From positions 43,462-107,461 of the forward strand of contig CAYYAM010000003.1 of assembly GCA_964469965.1 (NCBI GenBank): a stretch of 64,000 nucleotides of DNA, in the 5' to 3' direction. Shown one piece after another: positions 9,336-19,497 of the stretch (the first letter of the stretch is position 1; each line of letters opens with the position of its first letter). The notes beneath the pieces are model-generated. The model was not told the origin of the DNA, ran no database searches, and saw nothing but the letters and a program-made list of their open reading frames with translations. The position numbers and the translations under genes were made by a program. This stretch comes from an uncultured Muribaculaceae bacterium (GTDB taxonomy: Bacteria > Bacteroidota > Bacteroidia > Bacteroidales > UBA932).

Positions 9336-11198
9336 CTACTCTATACCCAGTTTTGTTTGATATTGCTTGAGAGTTTCTAAAACGTTACTCTTAACGCTGA
9401 TAAAGTTATCTATACCCTCTTTAATCAAATCTTCTTTGCAGGCAGGTTCTCCGGCAACAACCAGAATCGCCTTACCTCCAAGCAGTTTGTTGATCTCAGG
9501 AACAGCTTGTGCATACTCTTCATCAGATGAACAAGCTACAATAATATCGGCTTTTGCTTCCATTGCAGCATTGACTCCCTCCTCAACAGTTGAGAAGCGA
9601 TTGTTATCTACTGTTTCAAAACCGGCAACTGCAAAAAAGTTACATGCAAACTGAGCTCTTGCCCTGCAGAATGCAAGGTTTCCGAAAGTTAGCATGAATG
9701 CTTTTGGCTCTTTACCGCTGGTCTCTGTTTTAAATCTTAATGACTCAAAAGCTTGTGCTCCTCGGTATTTCTCCAAAGGTTCGGCAATTGGATTATCGCT
9801 TTTCTCTACATCTGCTCCTCTTGTTACAACATTGTGAGTAACATCTTTATCTGCCTTCTCTGTAAAGTTTGGATACTGATTTGTTCCTAAAAGAATCTCT
9901 CTACGGGTTGCTATATTAAGATCTCTCTTGTTTGCTATAGACTTTATTTGAGCTTGAATATGCCCTTGGGTAAATGCATCTATATAGCCGCCCTTCTCTT
10001 CTGTCTCTACAAATAATCTCCACGCCTCAACAGATATAGATGAGGTAAGGTTCTCTATGTAGTACGAACCGGCTGCGGGATCGGTAATTTTATTGAAATA
10101 CGACTCCTCTTTTAAAATTATTTGGGTGTTTCTGGCAACTCTGTTGCTGAACTCCGATGGCTCACGATATATGTAATCGAATGGGAGTACCTCTAGAGAA
10201 TCTACTCCGGCAAGAGCTGCACTCATCGCCTCGGTTGTACCTCTTAACATATTTACATAAGAGTCGTAAACAGTCATATTCCACTGTGCAGTAACAGCAT
10301 GGATATTTATTTTAAGAGCTCTCTCCTCTTTTGCACCATACTGTTGAGCAATATTTGCCCACAACAGTCTTGCAGATCTGAACTTAGCAAGCTCCATAAA
10401 GTAGTTTGGGCCTATAGCAAATGTGAACTTTAATCTAGACGCAGCTTCATCTGCAGAGAATCCCAACTCTGTAAGGATATTCAGATATTCACTTCCGGCT
10501 GCCATTGCAAAACCAAGCTCTTGAACAATAGTAGATCCTGCATCACTGAATGCGTAAGCTTCAACACCTACTACTCTGATTTGCGGATAATCTTTTACCA
10601 ACTCAACACATTTTTTTAATGTTGCCTTGTACTCACCGCAACAAAAGCTACCGGTGGTAGAGAGTGTCCTTATAGGGTCGAAGTCGAATGACGCTTTTAC
10701 ATAGGCAGGATTAGCTCCCTGCTTCTGCGCTATTGCAAGAAAAGAGGTAATTATTACTGGAGTAGCACAAGAGCAGCCTTCGAAGTTAACCTCGGTTGAA
10801 GATAGATCTATACCGTTAAGGAGTACAGACATTTTCTCTTCAGATATCTCCTTTGCTCCATCTACGCAAAAAGCAATGGATTCAACCCCTTTTTTTAATC
10901 CGTCAACCGCCTGTTCGTTAGCTTTTTTAAAGCTCTCCCATGCACAGTAACCTTGTCTTACCAACCAGTTGTTATCCTCTTTTGTGCCTCTAACATAGGG
11001 AAATGAAGATGGAGAGCTGTTTAGGTGCATTAGCTCATTTAGATCTTCGGCTCGGTAGTAGGGGCGAACCGAGAACCCCTCCATAGTCTTCCAAACGAGT
11101 CTCTTTTCATAATCGGCCCCCTTAAGGTCCTTTGCTATTACCTCTTCCCATTGTTGTGTGGGAACAGGTTGAAACTCAGCAAATAGTTTTTCTGCCAT
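9336..11198 (-). CDS. mutA: Methylmalonyl-CoA mutase, small subunit (start re-called to MAEKLF)
   Basis: Mutase fold without DxHxxG; NMLRGTTEAMSA and DPAAGSYYIE; directly upstream of the large subunit; TAGATTTG promoter at 11249-11242. Confidence 0.9.
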   Translation of the reverse strand: MAEKLFAEFQPVPTQQWEEVIAKDLKGADYEKRLVWKTMEGFSVRPYYRAEDLNELMHLNSSPSSFPYVRGTKEDNNWLVRQGYCAWESFKKANEQAVDGLKKGVESIAFCVDGAKEISEEKMSVLLNGIDLSSTEVNFEGCSCATPVIITSFLAIAQKQGANPAYVKASFDFDPIRTLSTTGSFCCGEYKATLKKCVELVKDYPQIRVVGVEAYAFSDAGSTIVQELGFAMAAGSEYLNILTELGFSADEAASRLKFTFAIGPNYFMELAKFRSARLLWANIAQQYGAKEERALKINIHAVTAQWNMTVYDSYVNMLRGTTEAMSAALAGVDSLEVLPFDYIYREPSEFSNRVARNTQIILKEESYFNKITDPAAGSYYIENLTSSISVEAWRLFVETEEKGGYIDAFTQGHIQAQIKSIANKRDLNIATRREILLGTNQYPNFTEKADKDVTHNVVTRGADVEKSDNPIAEPLEKYRGAQAFESLRFKTETSGKEPKAFMLTFGNLAFCRARAQFACNFFAVAGFETVDNNRFSTVEEGVNAAMEAKADIIVACSSDEEYAQAVPEINKLLGGKAILVVAGEPACKEDLIKEGIDNFISVKSNVLETLKQYQTKLGIE

Positions 11199-11343
11199 AT
11201 CTGTATTATTTATATATTGAGTTATAATCAAAATAATTTCGCAAATCTACAAATTCTTTCGCGATTTTAAACCTTTTAGATATAGATTAGTCTTATTTAC
11301 AGAACAACAAAAACGGAATTCCGTAAAATTTTAAAAAGGTAAA

Positions 11344-11826
11344 ATGATGAAAAAAATCTATTTAACATTAGTAATTGCTTTGATGGCAGTTGGCGTATCT
11401 GCCCAAAATATTCAAGTACAAGGCAGAGGTTTCATGGGCGCAGATCCATGTATGCTGGAGCCAAAACTAACAACTGAGCAACAGGAGTCAATAAAGAGAT
11501 TCAGAACAGAGTTGCAGAAAGAGCTGTTGCAGATTAATAATCTGTTAAACGAAAAGAGAGCGCAATTAAGAACTTTGGAGCAGACAGATAAGCCAGACAC
11601 AAAGGCCATCAACTCAAAGATTGATGAGATTACAAACCTTCAAAACAAAAAGATGAAGGCAGTGTCGGCCAATAGAGCAAAAATTAGGTCTATATTAAGC
11701 GAAGAGCAGAGACTGGAGTTTGATTTGCGAATGAAGAACAGACAAAAATTAGGTAGAAACCATGGTAAGATGGTAAATGAACCAAAGGTAATGCAACTAA
11801 GAATGAGAAGTGTTAAAACTAATTAA
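11344..11826 (+). CDS. Spy/CpxP/ZraP-like periplasmic helical protein
   Basis: Signal peptide; two LTxxQ-like motifs (LTTEQ, LSEEQ). Confidence 0.7.
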   Translation: MMKKIYLTLVIALMAVGVSAQNIQVQGRGFMGADPCMLEPKLTTEQQESIKRFRTELQKELLQINNLLNEKRAQLRTLEQTDKPDTKAINSKIDEITNLQNKKMKAVSANRAKIRSILSEEQRLEFDLRMKNRQKLGRNHGKMVNEPKVMQLRMRSVKTN

Positions 11827-12716
11827 TTACCCCTCTCAAGATCTGATGCTCTTTTGTTATAGTTGCTAAGATCTTCGGTACCGGAGTTACCCTCGTTGGA
11901 GTTTGCAGCTTTGCTCTCCGCTAAGGTAGCTCCGGTATCTTTTTTATCCTCTTCAACTTTTGCTGTTTCACCTCTTCTCACTTTAAGAACAGCTTTTCTA
12001 AGTTCAAAATTTTGTCCCAAGTATTTTCTTCTTACCTCGGGATTCGAGGCAAGAACCTCTGCCGTACCGCTTTCGAGAATAGTGCCTTCATAGAGAAGGT
12101 AGGCCCTGTCTGTAATGGCAAGAGTTTCATGAACATTGTGGTCTGTAATAATTATACCAATATTTTTTGTTTTGAGCTTAGCTATGATATGTTGGATATC
12201 CTCTACGGCAATAGGATCTACTCCGGCAAACGGTTCATCCAGCAGAATAAACTTTGGATCTATGGCAAGCGCTCTTGCAATCTCACACCTTCTCCTCTCG
12301 CCCCCCGATAGTTGTACGCCTAGATTTTTTCTAACCTTGTGTAATGAAAATTCGTCGAGCAACATCTCAAGTCTATCTTCTCTCTCTTTACGATTAAGTG
12401 AAGATAGCTCCATTACAGACATAATATTATCTTCTACAGAGAGTTTTCTAAAAACAGAGGCCTCTTGAGCCAGATAGCCGAGCCCCTTTTGTGCCCTTTT
12501 GTACATAGGTAAGCCGGTTATCTCTTCGTTGTCAAGAAATATTCTGCCGGCATTTGGCTTAATAAGCCCTGTCATCATGTAAAAGCTTGTTGTCTTTCCG
12601 GCTCCGTTAGGGCCCAAAAGCCCTACAATCTCACCTTGTTCTACCTCTATAGATACATTTTTAACAACCGTCCTGGCCCCGTATTTCTTTACCAGATTAC
12701 TGCAGTGTAAGCGCAT
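11823..12716 (-). CDS. lptB: LPS export ABC transporter ATPase, with a C-terminal extension
   Basis: [42 protein letters not shown] and TDHNVHETL. Confidence 0.93.
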   Translation of the reverse strand: MRLHCSNLVKKYGARTVVKNVSIEVEQGEIVGLLGPNGAGKTTSFYMMTGLIKPNAGRIFLDNEEITGLPMYKRAQKGLGYLAQEASVFRKLSVEDNIMSVMELSSLNRKEREDRLEMLLDEFSLHKVRKNLGVQLSGGERRRCEIARALAIDPKFILLDEPFAGVDPIAVEDIQHIIAKLKTKNIGIIITDHNVHETLAITDRAYLLYEGTILESGTAEVLASNPEVRRKYLGQNFELRKAVLKVRRGETAKVEEDKKDTGATLAESKAANSNEGNSGTEDLSNYNKRASDLERGN

Positions 12717-12746
12717 TTTAGTTAATTTCTTTAAATGTTAATAGAG

Positions 12747-14381
12747 CTATTTAAGCTCTAGTTTGAGATCTTTCTGCATCTCTTTAACCTCGGGATAGTT
12801 CTCCATTAAAAATTTTGCCTTCTCTTCTGGCATGTACATTTTAGTATCCTTTACCTCATCGTCGGGAGCAACTTCAACTTCAAGGGATAGCTCTCCATTA
12901 TTGAGACTCCTTTTTAGAAACTCAACCAATCTTGATTTGCAATATTGCTCAATCCAGTTTTTCTGCAACTCATTCTTTACATTGAAGAGAATAGTATTTT
13001 GGTCCTTTATTACAGGTACACATTGAGAAATTGTTGTAGATAGTCTTGGTAGTGCACTTTCCGAATCCGCCATTTTTACCCATGCACTATTCAAACTATC
13101 CTGATTTAATGGCTCTTTGCCTATAACCTGCCTTGTTGAGTGTGTGGTTGATCTACCGTTGTTTTCGGCGTTGCTGATTAGCTTTTTAATAGATATAGAG
13201 GCAACTCTCTCCGGTTTTGGCTGGCTCTTCAACTCTGTAGCGGTCTCCTGCTTAACCTCTTGCTTTGTCTCTTTTTCAATCCACTCGGGAGAGTTGATTC
13301 TGCAAAGTTTAAGGAGTGAGATCTCTATATGCAATCTCTGATGTCCGCTCGATTTATAACCCGCTTCACATACAGACGTTATGTTTAATGCGTCGTATAA
13401 GAAATTCTGAGAACAGGAGAGCGCTTGAGCCATATACCTCTCTTTAACAGACGGCGCAAGCTCCAGTAGTTTATGTGTAGAGTTGTCTTTGCAAAGCAGC
13501 AGGTCTCTGAAGTGTGATCCCAGCCCCCCTATAAAATGGAGCGCATTAAATCCTTTTGACAGAATTTCGTCAAAAAGGAGCAGTACTGCGGTATGATCTC
13601 CTTTAAGCAGCATATTGGTAAGAGAGATGTAATAGTCATAGTCCAAAACATTCAGGGAGGTAATTACATCTTTATAGGTTACATCTTTGCCGCAGAAAGC
13701 AACAACCTGATCGAATATGGTAAGGGCGTCTCTCATTGCACCGTCGGCCTTTTGAGCAATTACGTGAAGCGCCTCTATCTGGTACTTAACACCCTCTTTT
13801 GAAGAGATATCAATAAGATTATTAACAATATCTTCTACGCCGATTCTGTTAAAGTCGTAGGTTTGACATCTGGAGAGAATGGTTGGTAATATTTTATGTT
13901 TCTCTGTTGTGGCCAAGATAAAAATTGCATGTGCCGGCGGCTCTTCAAGGGTCTTTAGAAAAGCGTTAAACGCCCCTTGCGAAAGCATATGAACCTCATC
14001 TATTATATAAACCGAGTACTTGCCTATTTGCGGAGGAATTCTAACCAGTTCGCTCAGTTGACGTATATCGTCTACAGAGTTGTTCGATGCAGCATCCAGC
14101 TCATGAATAGAGTAGGATCTGCCCTCAGCATACGAAACGCATGATTCGCACTCTCCACAGGGCTCCATATTTTGTGTGGGAGATGTGCAGTTAATGATTC
14201 TGGCAAATATTCTGGCCGTAGTTGTCTTCCCTACACCTCTTGGCCCACAGAAAAGGTATGCATGTGCAAGTTGTTTCCTGAGTATAGAGTTTTTTAGGGT
14301 AGTAGCTATATTAGACTGCCCAATAAGACTTTCAAAGCTATCGGGTCTGTACTTTCTTGCAGAAACAATAAATCTTTCCAT
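12747..14381 (-). CDS. dnaX: DNA polymerase III subunit gamma/tau (start re-called to MERFIV)
   Basis: ARKYRP, GPRGVGKTT, Zn-binding Cys cluster, DEVHML, TILSRCQ and GAMRDA. Confidence 0.93.
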   Translation of the reverse strand: MERFIVSARKYRPDSFESLIGQSNIATTLKNSILRKQLAHAYLFCGPRGVGKTTTARIFARIINCTSPTQNMEPCGECESCVSYAEGRSYSIHELDAASNNSVDDIRQLSELVRIPPQIGKYSVYIIDEVHMLSQGAFNAFLKTLEEPPAHAIFILATTEKHKILPTILSRCQTYDFNRIGVEDIVNNLIDISSKEGVKYQIEALHVIAQKADGAMRDALTIFDQVVAFCGKDVTYKDVITSLNVLDYDYYISLTNMLLKGDHTAVLLLFDEILSKGFNALHFIGGLGSHFRDLLLCKDNSTHKLLELAPSVKERYMAQALSCSQNFLYDALNITSVCEAGYKSSGHQRLHIEISLLKLCRINSPEWIEKETKQEVKQETATELKSQPKPERVASISIKKLISNAENNGRSTTHSTRQVIGKEPLNQDSLNSAWVKMADSESALPRLSTTISQCVPVIKDQNTILFNVKNELQKNWIEQYCKSRLVEFLKRSLNNGELSLEVEVAPDDEVKDTKMYMPEEKAKFLMENYPEVKEMQKDLKLELK

Positions 14382-14437
14382 ACCAGGCAAAAGTACAAAT
14401 TTTTATCTAATTTTGCACTTGTTAATAAAGTATAGAG

Positions 14438-15289
14438 ATGAGAAGATTTACCTTGCTGATTTTGGCTATGTTTCTTTTTACAAGCCTATTTTCACAAAAA
14501 ATCCTGAGAGATACTAGAAATACGTTCAATACGTTTGCTTCTAAGATTACAAAGGTTGTAATACCATCTACGTCGCTTGCCGATCTTATGCTCAGAGATG
14601 CCGTAAACAGGGGGTGGAGAATATCGCCCTTCGAATTTTGCACGTTAGAAGAGTTCAATAGAATAAAAGCCGATACAAACTACTTTTTTTTAATGAGAGT
14701 AGATGGGATGTACAGAAGAGACCTTGAGCCAAAAGTGGAGTATCTGACTCTTTTTAAAGGAGGCCCCGAGGTAAAAAGGGGGCTGTTCAGCAGTCATAAT
14801 ATCATTACTTTACCACTTCAACAGAGTGACGATCTTACCGGGGTGACACTCAATCTGCTTCCAATTTATGTAGATATAATTCAAAATCATATTTACAAAG
14901 TCCAGAGAGACCTCTCGTTGGCATTCAAAGGAAACTCTTTTTACGCCGAAAGAGTAAAGGAGGCCAAAGGAAAAAACATTCTTTTTTCTAAAGAGAGTAT
15001 CAATTACGATATTAGAGATTACGATATTGCATCTATGTTCAAAGGTGAAGCAAAACTTACAACTGCTTCCGATATAGAGGACGCCGTAGTTAATAATCGT
15101 GAAAATACTGTGGTTGCAGTAGTAATTTTACCTAAAGGAGATCCAGCGGGTTCTTTCTGCTATAAGCTCATGATAGATACCGGCACCCACGAACTTCTGT
15201 TTTTTAGAAGGCACCGAATATCTTCACGAATGCCTGCCGGTTTTACGAGAGAGGATTTAAGAAAGATTTCTGCACCTTTTCAGTTTTAA
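14438..15289 (+). CDS. Hypothetical exported protein
   Basis: 283-aa ORF with an N-terminal signal peptide; TAATTTTG promoter at 14408-14415; no family recognised. Confidence 0.7.
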   Translation: MRRFTLLILAMFLFTSLFSQKILRDTRNTFNTFASKITKVVIPSTSLADLMLRDAVNRGWRISPFEFCTLEEFNRIKADTNYFFLMRVDGMYRRDLEPKVEYLTLFKGGPEVKRGLFSSHNIITLPLQQSDDLTGVTLNLLPIYVDIIQNHIYKVQRDLSLAFKGNSFYAERVKEAKGKNILFSKESINYDIRDYDIASMFKGEAKLTTASDIEDAVVNNRENTVVAVVILPKGDPAGSFCYKLMIDTGTHELLFFRRHRISSRMPAGFTREDLRKISAPFQF

Positions 15290-15295
15290 AACCTG

Positions 15296-16537
15296 ATGGA
15301 CATATATACCAGTACACTAATATCCGGTATCGGCTTTGTTTTTAAAAGAGTTACCTCTCCGGTTGCCTATTGTGCTTTGAGCATTAAGGCAGGAACACGA
15401 GACGAGGAGCCGCTTAAAAACGGGATAGCTCACCTTACCGAACATATGTTATTTAAAGGGACCAACAAAAGGGGCGCTATAAGTATCAACAACTATTTAG
15501 AGAAGTTAGGGGGAGAGCTTAACGCCTATACAACCAAGGAGGAGACTGTTATTCATGCAACAGTACTTAAGGAGGACCTCTCAAAAGCAGTTGAGTTGCT
15601 ATCAGATCTTGCATTTAACTCTCAATATCCGCTTAAAGAGTTGGCTAAAGAGAGAGACATTGTTCTTGAAGAGATATCTTCATACAAAGATACACCGTCG
15701 GAACAGATTTTTGATGATTTTGAAGAGATAATTTTTGGAGGTCATGCCCTTTCAATGCCCATACTAGGGAAACCAAAAACCATTAAAAGTATAACCGCAA
15801 ACGATATTAAAACGTTCACAGAGAGTTATTACACCACTTCAAATATGAGCTTCTCTATTGTTGCAGATATTTCGCCGCAGAGAGGTCTGGCTCTTGTTGA
15901 CAGATATTTTGGAAATCGTGAGTTCAAAGAGAGGGCAATTAATTCATCAAAAGAGAGTGAAAAAAAGATAACCTTCTCTCCGGCGGGGGAGAGGGTAAGA
16001 AAGATATCCAGGAAGACATACCAGGCACACTGTGTAGTAGGAACAACTGCTTACTCTTTGTACGACCCAAAGAGGTTACATCTTGCTCTTTTAACCAATA
16101 TTTTAGGAGGTCCTGCACTCAATTCAAGATTAAACCAAACTCTTAGAGAGAGGCGTGGTTTGGCTTATACTGTAGATGCTACTTACACACCATACACAGA
16201 CACCGGGCTTTTTACAATCTACTTTGGCTGCGACAAAGCCAATATCCAAAAATGCAGTGACCTTATTACAAAAGAGCTCAATAATCTTATTGAAAGAGAG
16301 ATATCTCCTGTTACATTAAAGGCGGCAAAGAAACAGTTATTGGGACAACTTGCAATATCTACAGATAATGCAGAGGCACAGTGTCTCTCTATGGGAAAAT
16401 CGTTGCTTTTTTACGGGAAGGTTGAGCCGATTGAGCAAGTCAGAGATAAGATATCTGCGATAGATTCGGTAAACCTTAGAGAGGTTGCCGCTGAGGTATT
16501 CAAAGAGTCGGGTATGTTTACATTAATATATAGTTAG
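15296..16537 (+). CDS. M16 (pitrilysin-family) zinc peptidase
   Basis: Inverted zinc motif HLTEH; LNAYT; LRERRGLAY. Confidence 0.88.
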   Translation: MDIYTSTLISGIGFVFKRVTSPVAYCALSIKAGTRDEEPLKNGIAHLTEHMLFKGTNKRGAISINNYLEKLGGELNAYTTKEETVIHATVLKEDLSKAVELLSDLAFNSQYPLKELAKERDIVLEEISSYKDTPSEQIFDDFEEIIFGGHALSMPILGKPKTIKSITANDIKTFTESYYTTSNMSFSIVADISPQRGLALVDRYFGNREFKERAINSSKESEKKITFSPAGERVRKISRKTYQAHCVVGTTAYSLYDPKRLHLALLTNILGGPALNSRLNQTLRERRGLAYTVDATYTPYTDTGLFTIYFGCDKANIQKCSDLITKELNNLIEREISPVTLKAAKKQLLGQLAISTDNAEAQCLSMGKSLLFYGKVEPIEQVRDKISAIDSVNLREVAAEVFKESGMFTLIYS

Positions 16538-16539
16538 TT

Positions 16540-17175
16540 ATGGATAACTCTATAGATGATTACATATTAGATCACTCTTCACCTATTCCGCCGGTTCTTG
16601 ATTGGCTAGAAAATGAGACTGTTCTAAGAACAAATCATGCAAAAATGTTATCGGGGCCTATACTTGGAAGAGTTTTAATTACATTGTCAAAGATAATCTC
16701 CCCTCTTAGGGTAATGGAGATTGGTACATTTACCGGGTACTCTGCAATTTGTCTTGCACTTGGATTGAGGGATGGGGGGCATTTAGATGCATTTGAAAAA
16801 AACGACATACACGAACCATTAATAAAAGAGGGAATCGAAAGAGCCGGGCTAAGCGGTAAAATCTCTTTGCACTATGGAGATGCTCTAGAGATAATTCCTA
16901 AATTTAAAGATCGAACATACGATCTTATATATATAGATGGGAACAAAAGGGAGTACTGTAGATATTACGACGCTGTTTTTGATCTAGTTAGAACAGGGGG
17001 TTATATATTGGCAGATAATGTCTTATGGTATGGAAAGGTAGCTATGAACCCTCCTCCCGGCGATGCCCAAACCCAAGAGATCTTACGGTTTAACCAAAAG
17101 GTAAAAGAAGATACCAGAGTTGAGAGTTTTATTCTTCCTATAAGAGACGGGCTGTCAATCATTAGAAAGTTGTAA
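16540..17175 (+). CDS. SAM-dependent O-methyltransferase (caffeoyl-CoA OMT/TrmR-like family)
   Basis: EIGTFTGYS, DLIYID, ADNVLW and IRDGL. Confidence 0.85.
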   Translation: MDNSIDDYILDHSSPIPPVLDWLENETVLRTNHAKMLSGPILGRVLITLSKIISPLRVMEIGTFTGYSAICLALGLRDGGHLDAFEKNDIHEPLIKEGIERAGLSGKISLHYGDALEIIPKFKDRTYDLIYIDGNKREYCRYYDAVFDLVRTGGYILADNVLWYGKVAMNPPPGDAQTQEILRFNQKVKEDTRVESFILPIRDGLSIIRKL

Positions 17176-17230
17176 ATAATACAACGATCTTTTTATAACT
17201 TCATCTACAACTCTGGCTATTTATCATAGA

Positions 17231-18676
17231 CTAATTAAGATACTCTATATCCATTTTATAACGCCAACGACCGAAGTAGAGATTCTCTCCTCTCCACTCA
17301 ACCTCCCCTCGTTGGAAGTCGACAGTTTCGCTTCTAGGGTGAATCTTTGCAGGGTAGAGTGGGGCGGAGATATCTTCGTTGACTATAAGCCGATAAGCGT
17401 CAAGACCCTTTGTAAAGAAGTAGTATGAGTCATCGTCTCCTTTGCTCTCTTTAACTCTGCCAAATGATTGATCTACAGGTATCCACCCTGTCTCCTTAAA
17501 CCACACTTCTGCCCAGTCGTGAAGATTCTTATTGCCAGGATGCATCATCCATCCCGATTGCCATTTTGCAGGAACTCCGGCTGCTCGGGCAAGGGTTATA
17601 AAAAGAAGAGAAACCTGGCCGCAATCTCCGTGTCTGTTGGCAAGTACATATTCGGGGATATTTGATATAGTAGAGTACTCTCGTGCACTTGCCCAAGGGA
17701 AATTAGAGTCGATCCACTCGTAGATTTTTTTTACTTTATTGTAGGGATTGGTTTCGTTTCCAACCACCTCTTTTACAATATTTATGATTTTATCACTGAA
17801 TACAATGTGGGGAGCTCTCTCTTGTGTGTACAGAGTGTAAAGCTCGTCCGATTTTTCGTACTCCTTAATCTCCTCAGGTTTAAATAGCAGAACTTGTGCG
17901 TGAGATGTATACTCAAATTCATACGAAAAAGTTAATGGAAGAGAATCGTTAGCAACTCCCTCCATATATATAGTCTTATGCAGATAGGTGTCGGGAGAGA
18001 TAATAAATTGTGGATCAGAAGTACTTATAAGCTTAATGTTGCTGTGAGATTTAACATCTGTTCTCGGATACGGCATCCACACCCTTACAATCTCTCCGGT
18101 AGGCACTTCACCCGGTTTCACAGTAAGAGTATATTTTACCTTCATTTTAACAGGGGATACATATCTTGAGTTTGATTTTTTTGCGATATTTACCAGCTGA
18201 GGTATATGCCATGCCAAAAAACGGTTAAGACTATCACTTTGCCCACCGTTTGGATGTTTAAACCATTTTGCAGCAACAGAATCAATTCTAAAAAGATTTC
18301 TTGCAGCAGAGTGAAAATAGAGCTTCTCTCCATCTATGGTCATATTCTCCAGGGCATTGCTTCTCTCCCATGATCTTATCTCCTCCATCGAAACTTGAGG
18401 ATGGTGCCGTTTTATAAAAGATAGAACAGAGGTGTCTCTCTGTGAAAAATCCCTTCTGACTCTATCCATCAGCTCTAGTTTAAAGTTCAAATCGTACCTC
18501 TCTAAGGTTGAAAGTGTGTCGCATAGCAGATAAAGCCGTATCATCTTTGAGGCTTCTGTAAATTCGCCTTGCTGAATGGCTCTCTCTATTGACTCTTTGT
18601 CAGGTGTTTTGTAAGACAAAGTCTCTCCACAAGCAGTTAGCATTGTGGAGAGTAGTACTATAAGAAATTTATTCAT
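17231..18676 (-). CDS. Transglutaminase-like domain lipoprotein
   Basis: Lipobox LTAC; catalytic-type GDCGQ...LHDWAEVW...WIPVD. Confidence 0.8.
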   Translation of the reverse strand: MNKFLIVLLSTMLTACGETLSYKTPDKESIERAIQQGEFTEASKMIRLYLLCDTLSTLERYDLNFKLELMDRVRRDFSQRDTSVLSFIKRHHPQVSMEEIRSWERSNALENMTIDGEKLYFHSAARNLFRIDSVAAKWFKHPNGGQSDSLNRFLAWHIPQLVNIAKKSNSRYVSPVKMKVKYTLTVKPGEVPTGEIVRVWMPYPRTDVKSHSNIKLISTSDPQFIISPDTYLHKTIYMEGVANDSLPLTFSYEFEYTSHAQVLLFKPEEIKEYEKSDELYTLYTQERAPHIVFSDKIINIVKEVVGNETNPYNKVKKIYEWIDSNFPWASAREYSTISNIPEYVLANRHGDCGQVSLLFITLARAAGVPAKWQSGWMMHPGNKNLHDWAEVWFKETGWIPVDQSFGRVKESKGDDDSYYFFTKGLDAYRLIVNEDISAPLYPAKIHPRSETVDFQRGEVEWRGENLYFGRWRYKMDIEYLN

Positions 18677-18687
18677 TTATATCTATA

Positions 18688-19257
18688 TTAAGATTTGCAT
18701 CTCTCTGAGTATGAGCGTGTTCTTGTGTCAACCTTTATGCGTTCACCTTGGTTTATAAAGAGTGGCACCATAATCTCTGCACCGGTTTCAATTGTGGCAG
18801 ACTTCATGGCATTGGTAGAGGCGGTATCTCCTTTAACTGCAGGTTCTGTGTAGGTAACCTCCATCTCTACAAATGGCGGGAGTTCACAAGAGAGAACCCT
18901 CTCCTGATCGGCCAGAAACATCATCTCTACGTACTGACCCTCTTTCATAAGATCTGGATTATCAACCATATCGGGCTCAAGACTTATCTGTTCAAAGGTC
19001 TCGTTATGCATGAAATTGTAGCCCATATCGTCTTTGTATAGAAACTGGTAAGGTCTTCTCTCTACGCTTATTATGTCAATTTTTTCTCCCGCAGTAAATG
19101 TGTTTTCAAGGATTCTTCCATTCTCAAGATTTCTCATTTTAACCTTTACGAATGCTCCTCCCTTTCCAGGTTTCACATGCTGGAACCAAACTATAGAGCA
19201 TGGTTTCCCATTGAAATCAATACAAAGTCCGTTTTTAAAATCAGCTGTAGTTGCCAT
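18688..19257 (-). CDS. efp: Translation elongation factor P (start re-called to MATTADF)
   Basis: QHVKPGKGGAFV, PAVKGDTA and VPLFI; TATCTTTG promoter at 19286-19279. Confidence 0.96.
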   Translation of the reverse strand: MATTADFKNGLCIDFNGKPCSIVWFQHVKPGKGGAFVKVKMRNLENGRILENTFTAGEKIDIISVERRPYQFLYKDDMGYNFMHNETFEQISLEPDMVDNPDLMKEGQYVEMMFLADQERVLSCELPPFVEMEVTYTEPAVKGDTASTNAMKSATIETGAEIMVPLFINQGERIKVDTRTRSYSERCKS

Positions 19258-19352
19258 ATTAAAGTTTTTTATTTGATGCAAAGATACAATAAATGGGTAA
19301 TATTTTTTTGCATTAACCAAAAATAGTGCTACTTTTGCACTCCCAAACAAAC

Positions 19353-19425
19353 GGTGCCATAGCTCAGTTGGTAGAGCAAAGGACTGAAAATCCTTGTGTC
19401 CCCGGTTCGATTCCTGGTGGCACCA
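19353..19425 (+). tRNA. tRNA-Phe (anticodon GAA), CCA not encoded
   Basis: GGTGCCA/TGGCACC acceptor stem, D-arm GCTC-AGTTGGTA-GAGC, anticodon loop CTGAAAA and T-loop TTCGATT; TACTTTTG promoter at 19330-19337. Confidence 0.96.
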
Positions 19426-19436
19426 CTAATAAAGAC

Positions 19437-19477
19437 AAAGTGCTGTAATTAATAAAATTACAGCACTTTTTTGTTTT
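19437..19477. terminator. Intrinsic terminator after tRNA-Phe (possibly bidirectional)
   Basis: AAAGTGCTGTAATT / AATTACAGCACTTT 14-bp inverted repeat followed by a T-run. Confidence 0.8.
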
Positions 19478-19497
19478 ATATTACTTATTAACACCCT

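Noticed and set aside
13181-13190. Programmed -1 frameshift in dnaX (ATT AAA AAG in the linker)
   Set aside because: The heptamer is T AAA AAG, not the canonical A AAA AAG, and I saw no convincing stimulatory hairpin.
17231-19257. Transglutaminase-like gene 11 nt downstream of efp as a possible EF-P Lys-modifying enzyme
   Set aside because: It has a clear lipoprotein signal (LTAC), so it would be exported away from cytoplasmic EF-P. Adjacency is the only link.
19400-19418. C-U mismatch in the tRNA-Phe T-stem as a sign of a pseudogene
   Set aside because: All other tRNA features, the promoter and the terminator are intact, and single T-stem mismatches are tolerated.
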